A DNA stretch of 64,000 nt from assembly GCA_051362555.1 (NCBI GenBank), contig CM120640.1, forward strand, positions 55,530,788 through 55,594,787, given 5' to 3'. Each line of letters starts with the position of its first letter. The stretch's first letter is position 1. A program made the position numbers and the translations under genes. The notes beneath the pieces are model-generated. The model worked only from the letters and a program-made list of their open reading frames with translations, did not search any database and was not told where the DNA came from. Source of the stretch: Lingula anatina (Eukaryota > Animalia > Brachiopoda). Shown piece after piece: positions 37,501 through 52,500 of the stretch.

Positions 37501-40500
37501 AGAGAATATCTGAGGTAAGATATTGTTATCATATTAAAGAAAAATTCAAGATCAAAACTTTAACCGATATCTTATACATATCTTAAAAATGTGAGTATAG
37601 TTAAGACCTTGAGTCTCTTATTAAAAAGGAATGTTTTATAAAAATTATTTTAGCTTTGCCCAAGTATGTTACATGCAGATGTCTTTATTTGGAAAATTCC
37701 TTTTTGAACAATGTTTTTTTTTTCTCCTAGGGTCTAAGACAAGAAAAGAATGAACTAGAACTTCAGTTGATACAGACACAGCACAGGTATGGATGTGATT
37801 TTCACTAATTTTACTTGTAAAAACAATTTTTTTTTGATTTAAAGATTTTTGTTTCAAATTTATTTTGTAGAGACAGAAGATGGACCGAAAATGAACTGAT
37901 TTGGTTTTTAGTATGACGGGGTTAGGGTGATCCTTGCGGGGTTATTGATTCTTAATTCTTTTTACACTATAATATTTGTTATCTCCTCCTATACCAACAG
38001 AGTGATGCAATTTCATCATTGATAGAATTATAATCATGGATGTGCATGACTACTTGAATTTTTTTGTGTACCTTGGGGTTGGACTCTCCCTGGAGGTTGG
38101 TTGATTCTCATTTTTATGTACAGATGCAGATGTGTCTGTACATTCAGTCATCCCCTGCATCTGTCATTGCTGTCGCTGTTCACTTTCAGTCATAACATGA
38201 TAAGTGGAAAAGCATTTTACTTTTTGTCTTTAAACTTACGGAACTGATGAATATTCATAAAATACAGGGCCAATTTCGAAAATCAGCCTGATCAGGCCAT
38301 TTCTTCATAAGTCATGCTGTTTTTTTTTTTTCAGCTTATATGCAATACTGATAGCAAGGAAAACAAATGGCCAATCAGCTTCAAATCGTATAGGAGTGAT
38401 CAATATTGATAAAATACAGGTTGAGTTTGAAGATCAGATCGATCGGACCATTCTTCCAGAAGTAATGCTTTTTTTCTTTTTCTTTCAGTATATATGCAAT
38501 ACAGACAACACATTTCAATAAAACCAATAGGCCAATTGTCTTCAAATTCACAGGCCTGACCAATACAGGTCGGGATCAAACCCAGCCTGATCGGATATTT
38601 TTTGGTGAAATTATGCTTTTTTTTTGGTCAAATAAACATTTTTCAGATATTGGCATTTTCAACTTTGTGACTTTGGACTTCCATGGGCCTTAAGACCTTT
38701 GCTAGTCACATTTTCCAAATATCTGCAGTGCATGATTAAAAATTGGTATTGATTATGCTGTTAATCATTACAGAATGTTGCATCAAACTTTAAGAAAAGC
38801 CTATTTTGGAAACTGTCGCCATAGTGACAATTTAAGTAATTCCATGTCTCTTATTATTCTCAAATTTCAACAAAGAAACCTAGGACTTAAGTACAGCTTG
38901 AGACTGAAAACCACTGTGATTGATTTCTTTATCTGAGGTTATACTGTTTTAGCAAAATGTAAATTTTTCACATATTGCCATTTTCAAGTATGATTTTGAA
39001 CTTTTATGGGCTTGAAAACCTTTGTTAGTTGCATTTTCTGAATATCCATGATCATTTTATTTATAATTAAAAATTATGTTGTTAAGTACATATTATGCAA
39101 TATTGCATCAAATTTGATGAAAATTTGGGCACTGCAAACATGTTGACCTTTGAATGAAAACCATGTCACTAATCAATTTCAAACTTACAGGAAAGAAATA
39201 TTGAAATAAAGTGCAGGTTTAATTCTAAAACTAAACTGATTGGTGACAAAAAACCTACATTGTGCAATGTCACTACAAACATTATGAAATGAAAACTGTG
39301 CTATTAATTATTTTATAACTTACAAGAATGATTCTTAGGATTGACGCACAGCTCAAATTGGAAGACCAGCTTGATTGGATTATTATTTTTTCTTGAATTT
39401 ATTCAGTTTTTTGTGAAATTTTTTTTTGTTCTGGCATTTTCAAAATACAGAGTGGTCTGCCTCAATTTTTGATATACAATTAATAAGGTATTTCCAACTT
39501 TCTTTCATCAGATCATGCTGTAAGGATGACCATTCTGCAGAAATTGGAAACGTTTAATGTTGTAAAATTTCAATAACTGATAATATGCTGGGCAATTCCA
39601 GCATTACGGATGTACATTTTGCACACTTTGGCAGTGCACTGCACAAAATCATGTACATTTGGGGCCAATTTCTTGTGGCCTATATGTGGGTCTTAGGTGG
39701 TTATATAACCATATAAACAGTGATGCATCCAGTGTGCGGCATTGGGGCATTGCCCCCTTTTCCCAATGAATGCCCCCAATTTTGAGAAACAGTACGCGAA
39801 AAATGCAGCAGATTTGAACTAATGAGCGCATATTCAGCAAATAAATGCACGCTTGAAAGTTTCTATAGCGATCTCGGTATCGCCGATCTAAGGGGAAATA
39901 CTCCTGCAGCGAGAGGGAGTTTGAGGTAATGGTTTTTCCAATACGTCATAGATAGCTATTTATAGCGCTTATCTGATTTAATTGATTGGTTAATTATTAC
40001 CTAATCGGGGTCATCACAGCGACCTCTGTATCACGTGTTAAAAAACAATGGCTGCCAAAAAAACGATTCTCGATTTCTTCTCAAAGAAAACCGTTGATAA
40101 GCCGGAGTCTGTCGAGTCGGAAGAACCGACAGACTTGGAAAAGGACACTTCGCAGGTTCCCGAGACTGTCTCGCTGAACGAAGGTTCGGAGAATGTGGAA
40201 ACTGCACAGGAACCACAGAAAGAAAAACCGTCGAAGGAAAGCGGGTCGAAGCCTGATGCGGACAGATCAGAGAAAAAAGCAAAAATATTCATGGAAAACC
40301 AATCGTTCATGGCTGGTATTAAATGTAGAAACTGGAAAATCCAATTATTTGCGCAAGGAAATACAAACTACAGAACCTCTACATTGGATCGGCATTGCGA
40401 ATTGCCGGGCCACAAACAGGCCATCTAGGACTTGTGCCAGCGCAATAATATGAACACTTTGTGTAAGAAAGATTTGGACGTGCTTATAAAAGCTTTTAAA

Positions 40501-43500
40501 GCTGTGTATTTCATGTGTTTGACAAACTTTGCTTATCAACATACAAGTACTAAAATAACTGAGGTGACATTGCACATTAAACCATCAAAATGGCTTCTGA
40601 ATTTTGTGAAATCCCTATCACAGCTTCACCATGCACAAAACAACAATCAGGATACAGACAGTGAAAGTAAGTTTTCATATTAAACTTTATTTAACCATAT
40701 GTTTATTCAAATGCATATCTTGATTTCCAGCTCTTTCCTTTTTTAGAGAAACGTGGACCTAAATATAATCATTTGAATAATAGTTGGTTTGATACAATGC
40801 CATGTTCTAAGCCAATTAACTCTTAATAACTCAGAAGCTTGCTCTTCATTTGCAAGCTTATGAGTGCTTAAGAATTAATGGCTTATAAACAAACAAAATG
40901 GCCATTTTTGTAATGCCCCCTTCTCAACTTCTCATGCCCCCTTTTTGCCAGATTAGGGGGGCATATGCCCCATATTTTGGAAATCCTGGATGCATCACTG
41001 TATAAAATAATATTATTCAACTCCTTTGCATGGCTGTGTAACATACTGAAAACACCCCTGTAACAAATGTATGTGTACAAATGAGATTTTTCAACTTGCT
41101 TTATTCATCTCAATAACTCTGTGAGCTTTGCAATCCAAAAATTTAAAAAAAAAAAAAATACAGTAATGTGCCATGAATTTCGTACTGCTCTTAAAATCGG
41201 CTGTCTGGAGTTTTTTTATGGACCATGAATTTCGGCCAGTAAGCAATTTTGCGTGATCTTGATTTCGTAAATTTTGTACACCTTAAAATTGGCCATCGGG
41301 CTATCTTCGCGCTCATAAAGATCTAACAGTCAGCAATATTGCCCCAGGGTACCTTTTCCTGAGTGCTACGTGTGCGGCCCAAGGTGCAAGATAATGATTG
41401 GTACTGTTAGCTTAGGAAGCTAAACAACATCGTCATCACCATTCATTCAGATAACAGTAGAATCAATTACTGTTGGGCTGTTGTTTCTTTACCGCAGTAC
41501 TTAGTGTGAGATAGCGATTGGTAGTTTTGCTGAGGCACACAGTAGCATTGTTAACAGTAGAGGCTTCAGTAACAGAACAAAAGAAGCAATATTAAGAGCT
41601 GCAATAAAGATTATCATTATTGCTTTCTTGTCTCGCTCAGATCGTTCACGATCTCCCACTGACGATCTTCCGCTTATGAAGTCCCTTGAAATGTACAAAT
41701 AAAATGAAAAAATATTTTTAAAAAATAGTAAATTTCAATGGGGAGGAAGGGTTAAAAACAATCGATAACGATCTTTTGCTAACGCTCTTTCTTGAACAAA
41801 CTCCTTTGAATGAATATGAAAATTGCCTTCTTGTCTCGCTTAGATCGAGAACAATCTTCTGCAAACAAAAGTCATTGAACGAATATGAGCTTTCTTGTTT
41901 TGCTCGGATTGCGAACAATCTCCCGCTGAGGATACGAAAATTGTGTTCTGGTCTTGCCCTTTGGCTAACGAAGTCTTTTTAACAAATATGAAAATTGCCG
42001 ACTTGTCTCTCTCGGATTGTGAACGATCTCTCGCTGAAAATTTGAAATTGCCTTTTTGTCAATCAGCTTTGTCAGTTGCTGTACATATGAAGGACCGGAA
42101 TGTGTCCCCTTTCACAAATTGGCTGTTAGTTTGCTTAGAGTGTACCACATGAAGGTCACTTTTGTCACTGCTGCATACGGCGTTGAATGTGTATCTTAAA
42201 GTAAATAGAAACATTTTTTTTGCATTTTGTAAGCTTTAGGAAGTAGTTTTGTCTTGACTGAATATCAGCGTACACTACAAAGTAGTACCATTCATCTGTG
42301 ACGCATCATAAAAGCTGGGTACATCAAATTACTCTTAAGAAAATTTCTTACAACGTCCACGGCTGCCCCGACAAGCCAAGACGTCATTTTTTCAAAAAAA
42401 AAAAAGTCGTAAGCCGTCTAGCCGTCTTTGAAAATATAGGCCGTTCGGTGATGTAAGCGGCCGTCCAAATGACGGCTGGACAGTTCGCTGGGAAAAGACT
42501 TGCTCATAACGGTATATTTATTTAACTATAGGGGCTTACTGACATAAACTTTGGGCACTTATATAGATTGTGCCTGCTTGTATCAAGTTAATTCTGAATA
42601 ACAGTGCTGTACTGCTGTTCAATGTGGTTTGCTGTACTTATCCTGAGTTTTCAAAAAATAATCTGAAAAACAGAACGCTCGGATCGTTGTACTAATATGG
42701 GGCCTTCTTGCTATCCACTTCGTGATATCCACTTCATGATATCCACTTCATGGTCGGCTTCTCTAGGTTGAACTTACATATGACATCACCCACCTTACAA
42801 GCGGGTGCATGGCTCCCAAAATCAACCAATTATATTAAAGGATAAAGTTCTAATATATCTAAGTTTAATTGTTTGTGCATTTTGTAAAAAATGCCCATGC
42901 CACCCCGTTAGTTTGGAGGGTTAAGCTGGATCAAGTCCGTGCAAAATTCTTTGAAGCTTTGCAGGAAAAATCTATCTTTCTTTGTTTCTCTGGCTCCTTG
43001 TATAGCTCGATGATCAGATATATCCAGTGCCCCCAGGTCTGCTGGAGCAGCCCTTTGAAAATAATGCACAGGTAGATTTTTACCTGAAATAAATATCGCC
43101 AGCGAGAGTGCGTTTGATACACTCAAGACAAAGACTACATGTGAACTAAAGGGCATTTTACCATCTAATTAAGAGGTAAAGGAAGTTCCAGCTAGTTGGA
43201 CGATTAAGATCGGACTTCTGATGGGAACTAGTATTGTTTACCTCAGTTCTGTGAAAGCAAACGAGAAGGGGTGTCAGAACAATGGTGCATATATAAATTA
43301 TACAGAGGATTTGTACATTACCTTTAACTTACAATCGAAGGGGATTTTCGATAATATTCCTTGAAAAACAGTGATTGCGAAAGAGATTGAACACTTACCA
43401 GACATGTGGGCTGGAGCAAACTAAATTTTGTCAGCCCACACCTTTTTTTACCAGCCCACAATAAAATAATCAAGCTGTATATTTTCATTTCATTTTTGAT

Positions 43501-46500
43501 GAATGTTATTGCCTGGCATTTTAAATCGGTGCTTTTTCAATTTTCAGGCCAGATATAATAGAATATTTGAGATTTAAGTTTAAACATCCTTCATTTTGGA
43601 TGCTTTCTGGCATTTAAGTTTTATCCTTTTTACATCTGGGTTGCTTATCTTAATTTCTAATCTTTTAACACAAGATCATGTATCCTTTGTAAATTTCTAT
43701 TCCAATTTTTGCCTAAAATTAAAATATAAGTCATAGTAAAGTGAAGCTTCCAACTTTTCTAACTTTTTTTTAGATTTTCACTATTGGAAAAATGCTTGTC
43801 TGTTAGCAGGGATCGTCCTGGGTCAAAATCTGGTTGGGCCATTTTGGCCCACTTGGTAAAAAAAGAAATTGGGCCATTTTTAAAAAATGTGTGCCGTGAA
43901 TTATTTAGAGAAAATTCATTATATTTCAATATTTTTATATGATTAAAAACAATAAAAAACTTGATGCTTCTACTCTGAAGTCCTAAATAATTGTAGTGTA
44001 TGGAAAAATCTTCCAAAATTAACAATATATTGTACTGTCCAAAAAATTGTACTTAATGGAAAAATCTTTCAGAATAAATAATTGCACTACATGGAAAAGG
44101 TAGACAATTCCCATTCTTATTGTAAAAAAAGCCATTGCTCTCATAGCAGGCCCGTAGTCGGCAATTTTAAAAGGGGGGGTCTTTTTTCCATAAAAACGTC
44201 ATGTACCTAGATCAATTTTTACCAAGGGTGAACCTTTTGTCAGCAAAAGGGGCGATTCTTTCGAACTATTTTTTGTAATTGAACAATTCCTGGCTACGGG
44301 CCAGAGTCTGTAAATAATTTTTATTCAATATCTAAGGCTAAGCTAGTTCGTTTAGATGAATTAATAGACAGTTTTGCATCCTGACTGTGCCATTGCAAAT
44401 TTTCCGCACTGAAAATGATGTTTTCCTTCATTTTGACATATAGCGCTGCTAAAGATGCAATATTACTTAAAATATCCATTAAAATTAGTTAAGAGCACCC
44501 ATCTAAAAAGCAAATGAATATTTCTCTTTTTCACTTATCGGTTACTCAACATGCGGTGCGACGGAAGCCATATTTGTTTACCCAGCACATGTAGTTAGGT
44601 GTTCTCAGAGGTCCGTGCGCGGCCTGTCGTAAGCAGTTTGAGCGGCCTGTTTTCAGTGTCTTGAGCAGTACGTTTTTCATTGACCTGTAGTTGTTTCAGT
44701 TTCGATAATTTTTTTGTGAAACGGGTCACATGTCAGCCCTCACGGCATCTCTATGCGCACTTCGAGCGACATCATAATGTATGAAGATCTTTATTACAAA
44801 AAATAGTGTTTGCTACATGTATTTGTACGCTCCAGTATGGCGCAGGTTAAAATTTTACTTGCGCCTAGTGCGTACTCAGAGCTTTACGATAAATTCAGAT
44901 ATGAGTCGGTGTCTGTAAAAGAAATCAACTTTAGTCCGTCGGTCATGTGGGCCGATGAGTTATAAGGGTTTTCCAGCCCACAGAATTTTTGCCGGCATAT
45001 GGCCGTGGTCCGACGGCTTTCGCAATCACTGGAAAAATACACTAAATTTATAGAGAATAATATCATGGTTGGCCAAAAAATTGTACGCACAATGAATCTG
45101 TGCGTACGCTCCTGTCGCAAACCATTTCCCACTGACTATATGAAAACTGCCTTCTAACATGGACAAAAAGTCCAAGCTTCTAGGCTTGCTTGGATCGCTG
45201 ACGATCCATTGCTGACTACAGTAACAAAGGCCCTTGAACTAGTGTGGAAATTGCCTTATCGTCGCGCTCAGATCACTCATGATTTCCCATTGACGATCTT
45301 CCAGTCCCTTGAACGAATATGCAAAAAGGCCTTTCTGTCTCGCTCGAATTGCTAATAAATATGAAAACTGCCTTTTCGGTTTAGTCTAGATTACCGATCA
45401 CTCGCGTGTTTGTTTGAAGATGGTTTAAATTACAAAATGTACACCATTTTTAAATGTGTACATTTGCACAACTATGTGCCAGGAAATTATTGCGTTGTTG
45501 AAAAGCTGCTGGTCAAGATTGGGTTGCCTGAGCGAAAAAAGTGGTCATCGAGCCCTGCACACCCCCCCCAACCTAGTATATTTGATCGCAGACAACAATC
45601 AGCGGTCATCTTGGTTGTAACGCACGGGGGAGAGAGACCGTAATACACAGTTCGGCTGCTGTGGTGAAGGATACACCGACCCGTGCATGGCGAGATGAGG
45701 ACGCACTTGCGCGTAAAGCTCCGCCCGACTTCAACGGTAATCGCAGATAAAGGCTACTTGTACGTGCGACATAGACAACGATCGGCTGTCATGTCGGTTT
45801 CGGCGCACGGTAACACTAAGCTTCCACAGTAAAGATTATCTGGCCGTGGTAGACGCTAATCGGCTGCCGTCTCTCCCTCCGTCCACTCCTGTCTGAGCGC
45901 CAGGATCGTTTTCGAAAAACGACACTAGTTTCTGGCTGCCACAATCGCTTTTGAAAAACAACACTACTGATAACGATGCTGCTTTGCATCCCTAGCCAAC
46001 AGTACCGCTCGTTATCTAGCACCTTGGGCCGTACACAGTGATTGGGTGAAAGTACGTGTATCCCTTTGGTCACAATTACCGACACTCACCCATCTTACAT
46101 TATGGTAACTCTAAATAGATCGTCAGGACAACTTCCGGTCAAAATTGACAGAATTCCATGAAATTCGAACGTTTGGAAGTTCTGAGCACCTCCATTTCAT
46201 GAATTTCGGCCAAAACAAACTTTTCCCAAATTTAATTATTTTCTACTGTTTGAAATTCATGGCACATTACCGTAATATATATATATATTTATATTTTTGA
46301 TTTGATTTGATTTGAATGACTTTATTGGGTACAAGATTATATACAAGAATTTTAAAAGAGCATAATAAAACAACTTACAACTAATAGTACGACGTCACTT
46401 AAAATAATACAAAAATAAGATTGTACCCAAAAGGGTTTGCCTAAAGGGTCAATGACCCATGAATGGACACCCCCCAATGATATACAAATGATAAAAAATA

Positions 46501-49500
46501 AAAACTCTACTTTAGTACTAAAAACGACAATGTGTACAACTAAAAAAGGACAATGTGTACATCTGCAACGACCCACCCAAGTGCAAACGTTCTCGGGGTC
46601 AAAGCGCTCCACCAGAAGAGTACCATAGTGCTCTCTGACGGATCGTCTAAACATTGATCTGCCAACCCCTGAACGTGTGCAAATGGGAAGGGCGTTCCAG
46701 ATGGGAACAACGCGATTGAAAAAAGACCGGCAAAACGTTTCGGTTCTACAGAAGTTGGCACTGTGGATGATAAAATGATCTCCCCTTCTTACTCTAAAGT
46801 ACAAATACTTCGTATGATCAAGGACAGCCCTGCCAATAAAACAACTATGCAGGAAGGTAACGTCTAAAATTTCTCTTCTATAAGCTAAAGGCAGCAAGTT
46901 TAAAGCAACCAGTCTGTCTTTATAATTCATTTGGTTACCCAGAATATGTCTTGTGGCAGTTCGCTGCACCCTTTCTAGTTTTATTAAATTTTCTTTTGTA
47001 ATGTGATCCCAAGATACAGAATTAAACTCAAGCTTTGAACGTACTAACGAATCAAAAAGAGGCTGCATTAACCTTGGGTTCCTATTTCTATCAAACACTC
47101 GCCTAATAGTTGCCCATGTCTGATTTGCACTCTTAACAATGTTATTTATATGTGAATTAAAAGTCAACTCACTGCTAACGGTAACTCCTAAATCCCTTAC
47201 GTCATGTACCTTTATCAATACATGTCCAAAGATGTTATAATAAAATACAGTTGGATTGACCTTCCGCGTGACACTTAACAGCATACATTTTTTTGCATTC
47301 AATTTCATTCCCCACCTATTACACCACTCTACTACCCTCTCAAGATCCTCCTGGAGGGCCAAACAATCAGCCAAAGAACTAATTAATCTATGCATTTTTG
47401 AGTCATCAGCAAAAAGAGACATAGTTGTGAACCGGTCAACAACCTCAGGTAAGTCATTGACATAGAGTAAAAACATCAGTGGCCCCAAGATTGATCCTTG
47501 TGGAACTCCAGATGTTACATCACTAGTATATGAGATTTCACCATTTAAGCATACTCTTTGCTGTCTTCCGGTTAGATATCCGCTAAACCAGTTTAATAAT
47601 CTACCATTTATCCCAAAACTACGCAATTTATGAACCAAAAGTCGATGAGGCACGACGTCGAACGCCTTACTAAAATCTAAATAAATGATATATATATATA
47701 TATATATTGAACAAAAAATGTCAGGTCAGGTTAGGAGAATGATTGAAATGACAGAGCTAGAACACTTTGATGTAACAGATGTACAGTTTGGCTGTATCAG
47801 ACATACTTGTACGACCACAAAGGACATATACAAAAATCAAATTGCATAATTTATGAAGTACATCAAGGTAATTTACTAATTATACTGCTCTTAATTTATA
47901 ATTTTTGAAGTTTACATTTAAGCAACATAAGAGAAGTAGTTATGAATAATAACAATCTAAATCAAATACTATTTTACTATGAATAAAAATTTTTTTCTGC
48001 TTTTTGTCTGTATATTTGACAGTTTTGTTGCCTTGTTTTGTTTGGTTTTCAATGATTACTGTGGTAATTGTGGAGTAAAAAATTAGTAGCACAGACCTTG
48101 CCACCAAGTTTAATTCAAACTATCACCTACATTGTTATTTTTGAAAAAAAAGGAGTGCATCGCATCAGTGTGTGTTAAACGTCAGTAATGTCAGTTAAGG
48201 CAATTAAGATTACAGTATTACTGTATTCAGTAAATAGATGATTGTTGGTTAATATTTTTTAAATTAAATGTGCTATATTTGCAAGTCCTTGGTCTGTTAG
48301 CTGTTTTATTAAATTGTTGTCTTGATGTATGAATCTTTGAATTCCAAGATATGAAAGACACAAAAGACATTAAAGGCAGTCTCAGTTAGACCCTTCAAAT
48401 AGCAAGAAAATGAATTTTCCTGGAAACCTCACCAGTTTTCCCATAATGGCCAAAATATCTCCTATCCAAAGCTGTTCAGAAAATGAAGCTACCTAAAATC
48501 ATTTTTAAGTTCCATTAATTTATTTAAGACGACTCATCTTAAATACTCGGCTACCATCTCACAGTGCGGCTTCAGAACCCGCAATTTCTCGCCAAGTCTC
48601 GTGGTTTACTATGAGTAAAATACTACGGCTGAGACCAGGATCTTATTATTTGGTGCCAAGACAGCCAAGATTGAGACACGGGGAAAGTATTGCAACCGGG
48701 ACAAAAGAGGCAGAAAAAATATATACATTAATGTTCAAACGAATGTTACATGTTACAATAGGAAAATAATAATGGCTTGTAGGCCTGAAGATATTTTCAA
48801 GTGTGAAGAATCTTCGAGGAATCAATCAACACAATGGAGTTCCTTTCCATTAACTTTGCCGTTTGCAAAGAAAACCCGACCAAAACACGCGATACATGCA
48901 TTCTCAAAAGTTATTGTGATTTAAAATTACATTTATGTCAAATATATGCCAAAAAACACGGCACTTACTTTTCTGACAAGCTCGCCCTGCATCGTGACAT
49001 CAGTATCGTCGCCTCTGTTATGACTGTACCCTGCTGTGATTGGTTGTGAGCGTGGGAAAATCCAGGTCATGACTTTGAGCCGGAAATACTTCCGGCAGTG
49101 CTCCGAAATCATGATAAATAGTTTACGTTTTCTAATTTTTTATTCTAGTTGTCTTAGCAGAACATTTGTGACCCAGACTGATTAAGATAATAATAAACAA
49201 TCTCCCAAAACACAAATCTGATCAGAGTTTTACATAGAACCTGCTCCTATATATTAATCTAACTCTAACTGTACTTTAAGGTTTGGCATAACATGGTCAT
49301 CTATTATTTCTCAAAATTAGAACTAATGCTGTGACATAAGGTTGTGCATTTTACAGAATAATATATAAATTATTTTTTTTTGGGGGGGGGGGAGGTCATT
49401 TTACTCATTATAATGTTACTTTCTTATCTTATCGTTATCTTATTTTAGTATGCATATGCAGTGTGATGAACTTGTTGGTGATGAATCCTCCATTGTCAGT

Positions 49501-52500
49501 GAGAATGAGAAGGAATTGATTACCAGGAGTCTGTTTCCCAGTGCCAGTAGTACTCCTTTCTCATCTAAATTACCCTCAATACACTTTGAATTAAAAAACC
49601 TGGTGAGTGAAAAAAATTTGTTCATTTAGTTTCTTGCTTGATTTATTTGGGCAAAGTAACTATCCAGGGTATTGACACTGTATACATTTGGAATTTTTTA
49701 ATGAGCTGTTGTTCTTTGCAGCTTGTTCTCTATTGTAATTTAAAGGTAGAAGCAAGGAAAAAGACGTGTCTGTCTGTGCCCTAGTGTTTATGGTCACTTT
49801 CTGATATTTTTGTTATCTTTGTATCTGTGAAATGTGAATGCACTTTCTATACTAAGGTTTGGGCTAACAGATATGAAATAAGAACTTTTAGTTTAATTGT
49901 TTGTATTAACTGTTGTGATCTCTCTTCAATTATTTTGTAGATTCAAAGTGAGAAAGACCTTCCATCTCCATTTTGTGAAAAGGCTCTGATTGATGATGTC
50001 TTTAGTTCAGATATTGGAGATGACGAAGGAGAAACTGTGTTTGACAATCTGAAGCCATGTGATCTATTCAATGATATGAAATCTGTAGATTTGGTGAGAT
50101 GTTTATCTAAAATATTTTGACCAAATTAATGTAATTATCAAACAGTAATGTGATGAGATATTTTTTACTATGTAGAACAGCTCAAAATAGTGGTAATGAT
50201 TTTACAGACAGCATCTTTCTCTGCTTCAGTTATGTTACAAAATACCCAGTAAGCTTATCTAAAATACTTTTTAAATATAAGTTCAAAAAACTAGTAGATG
50301 GAGTGAAAAGCTTACCCCTAAGGTTAAAGAAAACTGTTATAAGAAAACTTGTCTGTATTATAAAGATTTAGAAGACATTTCTAATTGATGGTTTTTATTG
50401 GTAATGGTAAGTACGGTAATGTGCCATGAATTTCGAATGGCTCATAAATTTCGAATGATCTTAAAATTGGCAATCTGTAGTTTTTTATGGACCATGAATT
50501 TCTACCAGTAAGCAATTTTGCATGATCTTTATTTTCATGAATTTCGTACATCTTAAAATCAGCCATGGGGCTATTTTCATGCTCATAAAGCTCTAACAAT
50601 CGGCAAGGTTGCCCTCAAGTACCTTTACCTGACTACTACATGTGCGGCCCAAGGTGCAATATAGCGATCGGTACGGTTAGCTTGAGACACTAAACAACAT
50701 CGTCATAACCATTCATAAAGATAACAGGATAATCAATTAAGAGTTGCACTGTCATTTCTTTACCGGAGTACTCGGTTTGAGATAGCGATCGGTAGTTTTT
50801 CTGTGGTGCACAATAGCATTGTCTACAGTAGGGCCTTCAGTAACAGAACAAAGGAAGCAATTAAGAGCTGCAATAAAGATTACCATTATTGCTTTCTTGT
50901 CTCGCTGAGATCAATGAAAAATTATTTTAAAAAATAATAAATTTCATTGGGGAGAGATGGTTAAAAACAATCGATTACGATCTTCCACTGACGTTCTTTC
51001 GGGAACGAACTCCCTTAAATGAATATGAAAATTGCCTTCTTGTCTTGTTTAGATTGAGAATGATCTCCGGCTGACAATCTTCGCAAACTAAAGTCATTGA
51101 ACGAATATGAGAATTGCTTTCTTGTTTCGCTCGGATTGCAAACGATCTCCCGCTGATGATATGAAAATTGCCTTTTTGTCTATCAGCTTTGTCTGGTGCC
51201 ACATGTATGAAGGTACAGAAGGTGTCCCCTTTCATAATTTGGCGGTAAATTTGCTAACAGTTTGTTAGGGCCTACACGTGTTTTGTACCACATGAAGCTC
51301 ACTCTTGTCACTGCTGGAATATGTATTTTAAAGTTAATGGAAACATTTTATTGTGTTTTGTAAGGTTTAGGAAGTAGTTTCGTCGAGACTGAAAAACAGC
51401 GTGCACTACAAAGTAGTACCATTCAACTGTGATGCATCATAAAAGCTGGGTATGTCAAATTAGTCTAAGAAAATTTTGTACAACATCCACGGCCGGCCCG
51501 ACAAGCCAAGACGTCATTTTTCAAAAAAATTTGTAATCGTTGTATTATTATTATTATTATCATTACGCCTTCTTGCTATCCGCTTTGTGATATCCATGGT
51601 CTGCTTCTGTCAGTTGAACTTATATATGGTATCACCCAGCTTACACGCGGGTGCATGGCTCCCAATATCAACCAATTATATTACAGGATAAAGTTCTGAT
51701 ATATCTAAGTTTAATTATTTGTTTGTGATCGTAAAAATTGCCTGTGCCACCACCCTGTTAGTTTGGAGGCTTAAGCTGGATCAAGTCAAAATTATTTGAA
51801 GCTTTGCAGGAAAGATCAGCCTTCCTTTGTTTCTCTGGCTCCTTGTTTAGCCCGATGTTCAGATTTTATCTAGTGCCCCCAGGTCTGCTGGAGCTGCTCT
51901 TTGAAAATGATGCACAGGTAGATTTTTACCTGAGATAAATGTCGCCAGAAAGAGTGCGTTTGATACACTCAAGACAAAGATAGGCTACCTGAGAGCTGAA
52001 GGGCACTTAACCCTCCAATTAAGGTAAAGGAAATTCCAGCTAGATGGACGATTAAGATAGGATTTCTGATGTATAATATTGTTAACCTCAGTTCTGTGAA
52101 AGAAGGGGTGTCAGAACATGGTGCATATATAAATTATATAGAGGATTTGTACATTCAGGTGACAATAATTTACAACTGAAGGGGATTTTCGTTTATATAC
52201 CTTGAAAAATACACTAAATTTATAGAGAATAATATAATGGTTGGCCCCAAAAATTGTACGCACAGTGCATCTGAGCGTATGCCTGGTTACGTCCCTATAG
52301 CTAACCATTTTCTGCTGACTATATGAAAATTGCCTTCTAGCATGGACAAAATGCCCAAGCTTCTAGGCTTGCTCGGATCGCTGACTATCTCCTGCTGACA
52401 AATATAGTAACGAAGTCCCTTGAACCAGTATAGAAATTGCCTTATCGTCGCGCTCAGATCACTCATGATTTCCCATTGACGATCTTCCAGTCCCTTGAAC

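Larger units (their letters stand above)
41161..46272. mobile_element. TA-flanked long-TIR non-autonomous DNA transposon, copy A (Tc1/mariner superfamily-like)
   Basis: TA|CAGTAATGTGCCATGAATTTC...GAAATTCATGGCACATTACCG|TA. Subterminal inverted similarity extends ~250 bp. Colinear with 50414-53655. Confidence 0.85.
38111..48037 (+). mobile_element. HINE-like family A, copy 3, expanded by several nested TEs
   Basis: Family A 5' end at 38111 with body to ~39445. The 3' end GTCTGTATATTTGACAGTTTTGTTGCCTTGTT lies at ~48006-48037. Confidence 0.7.
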
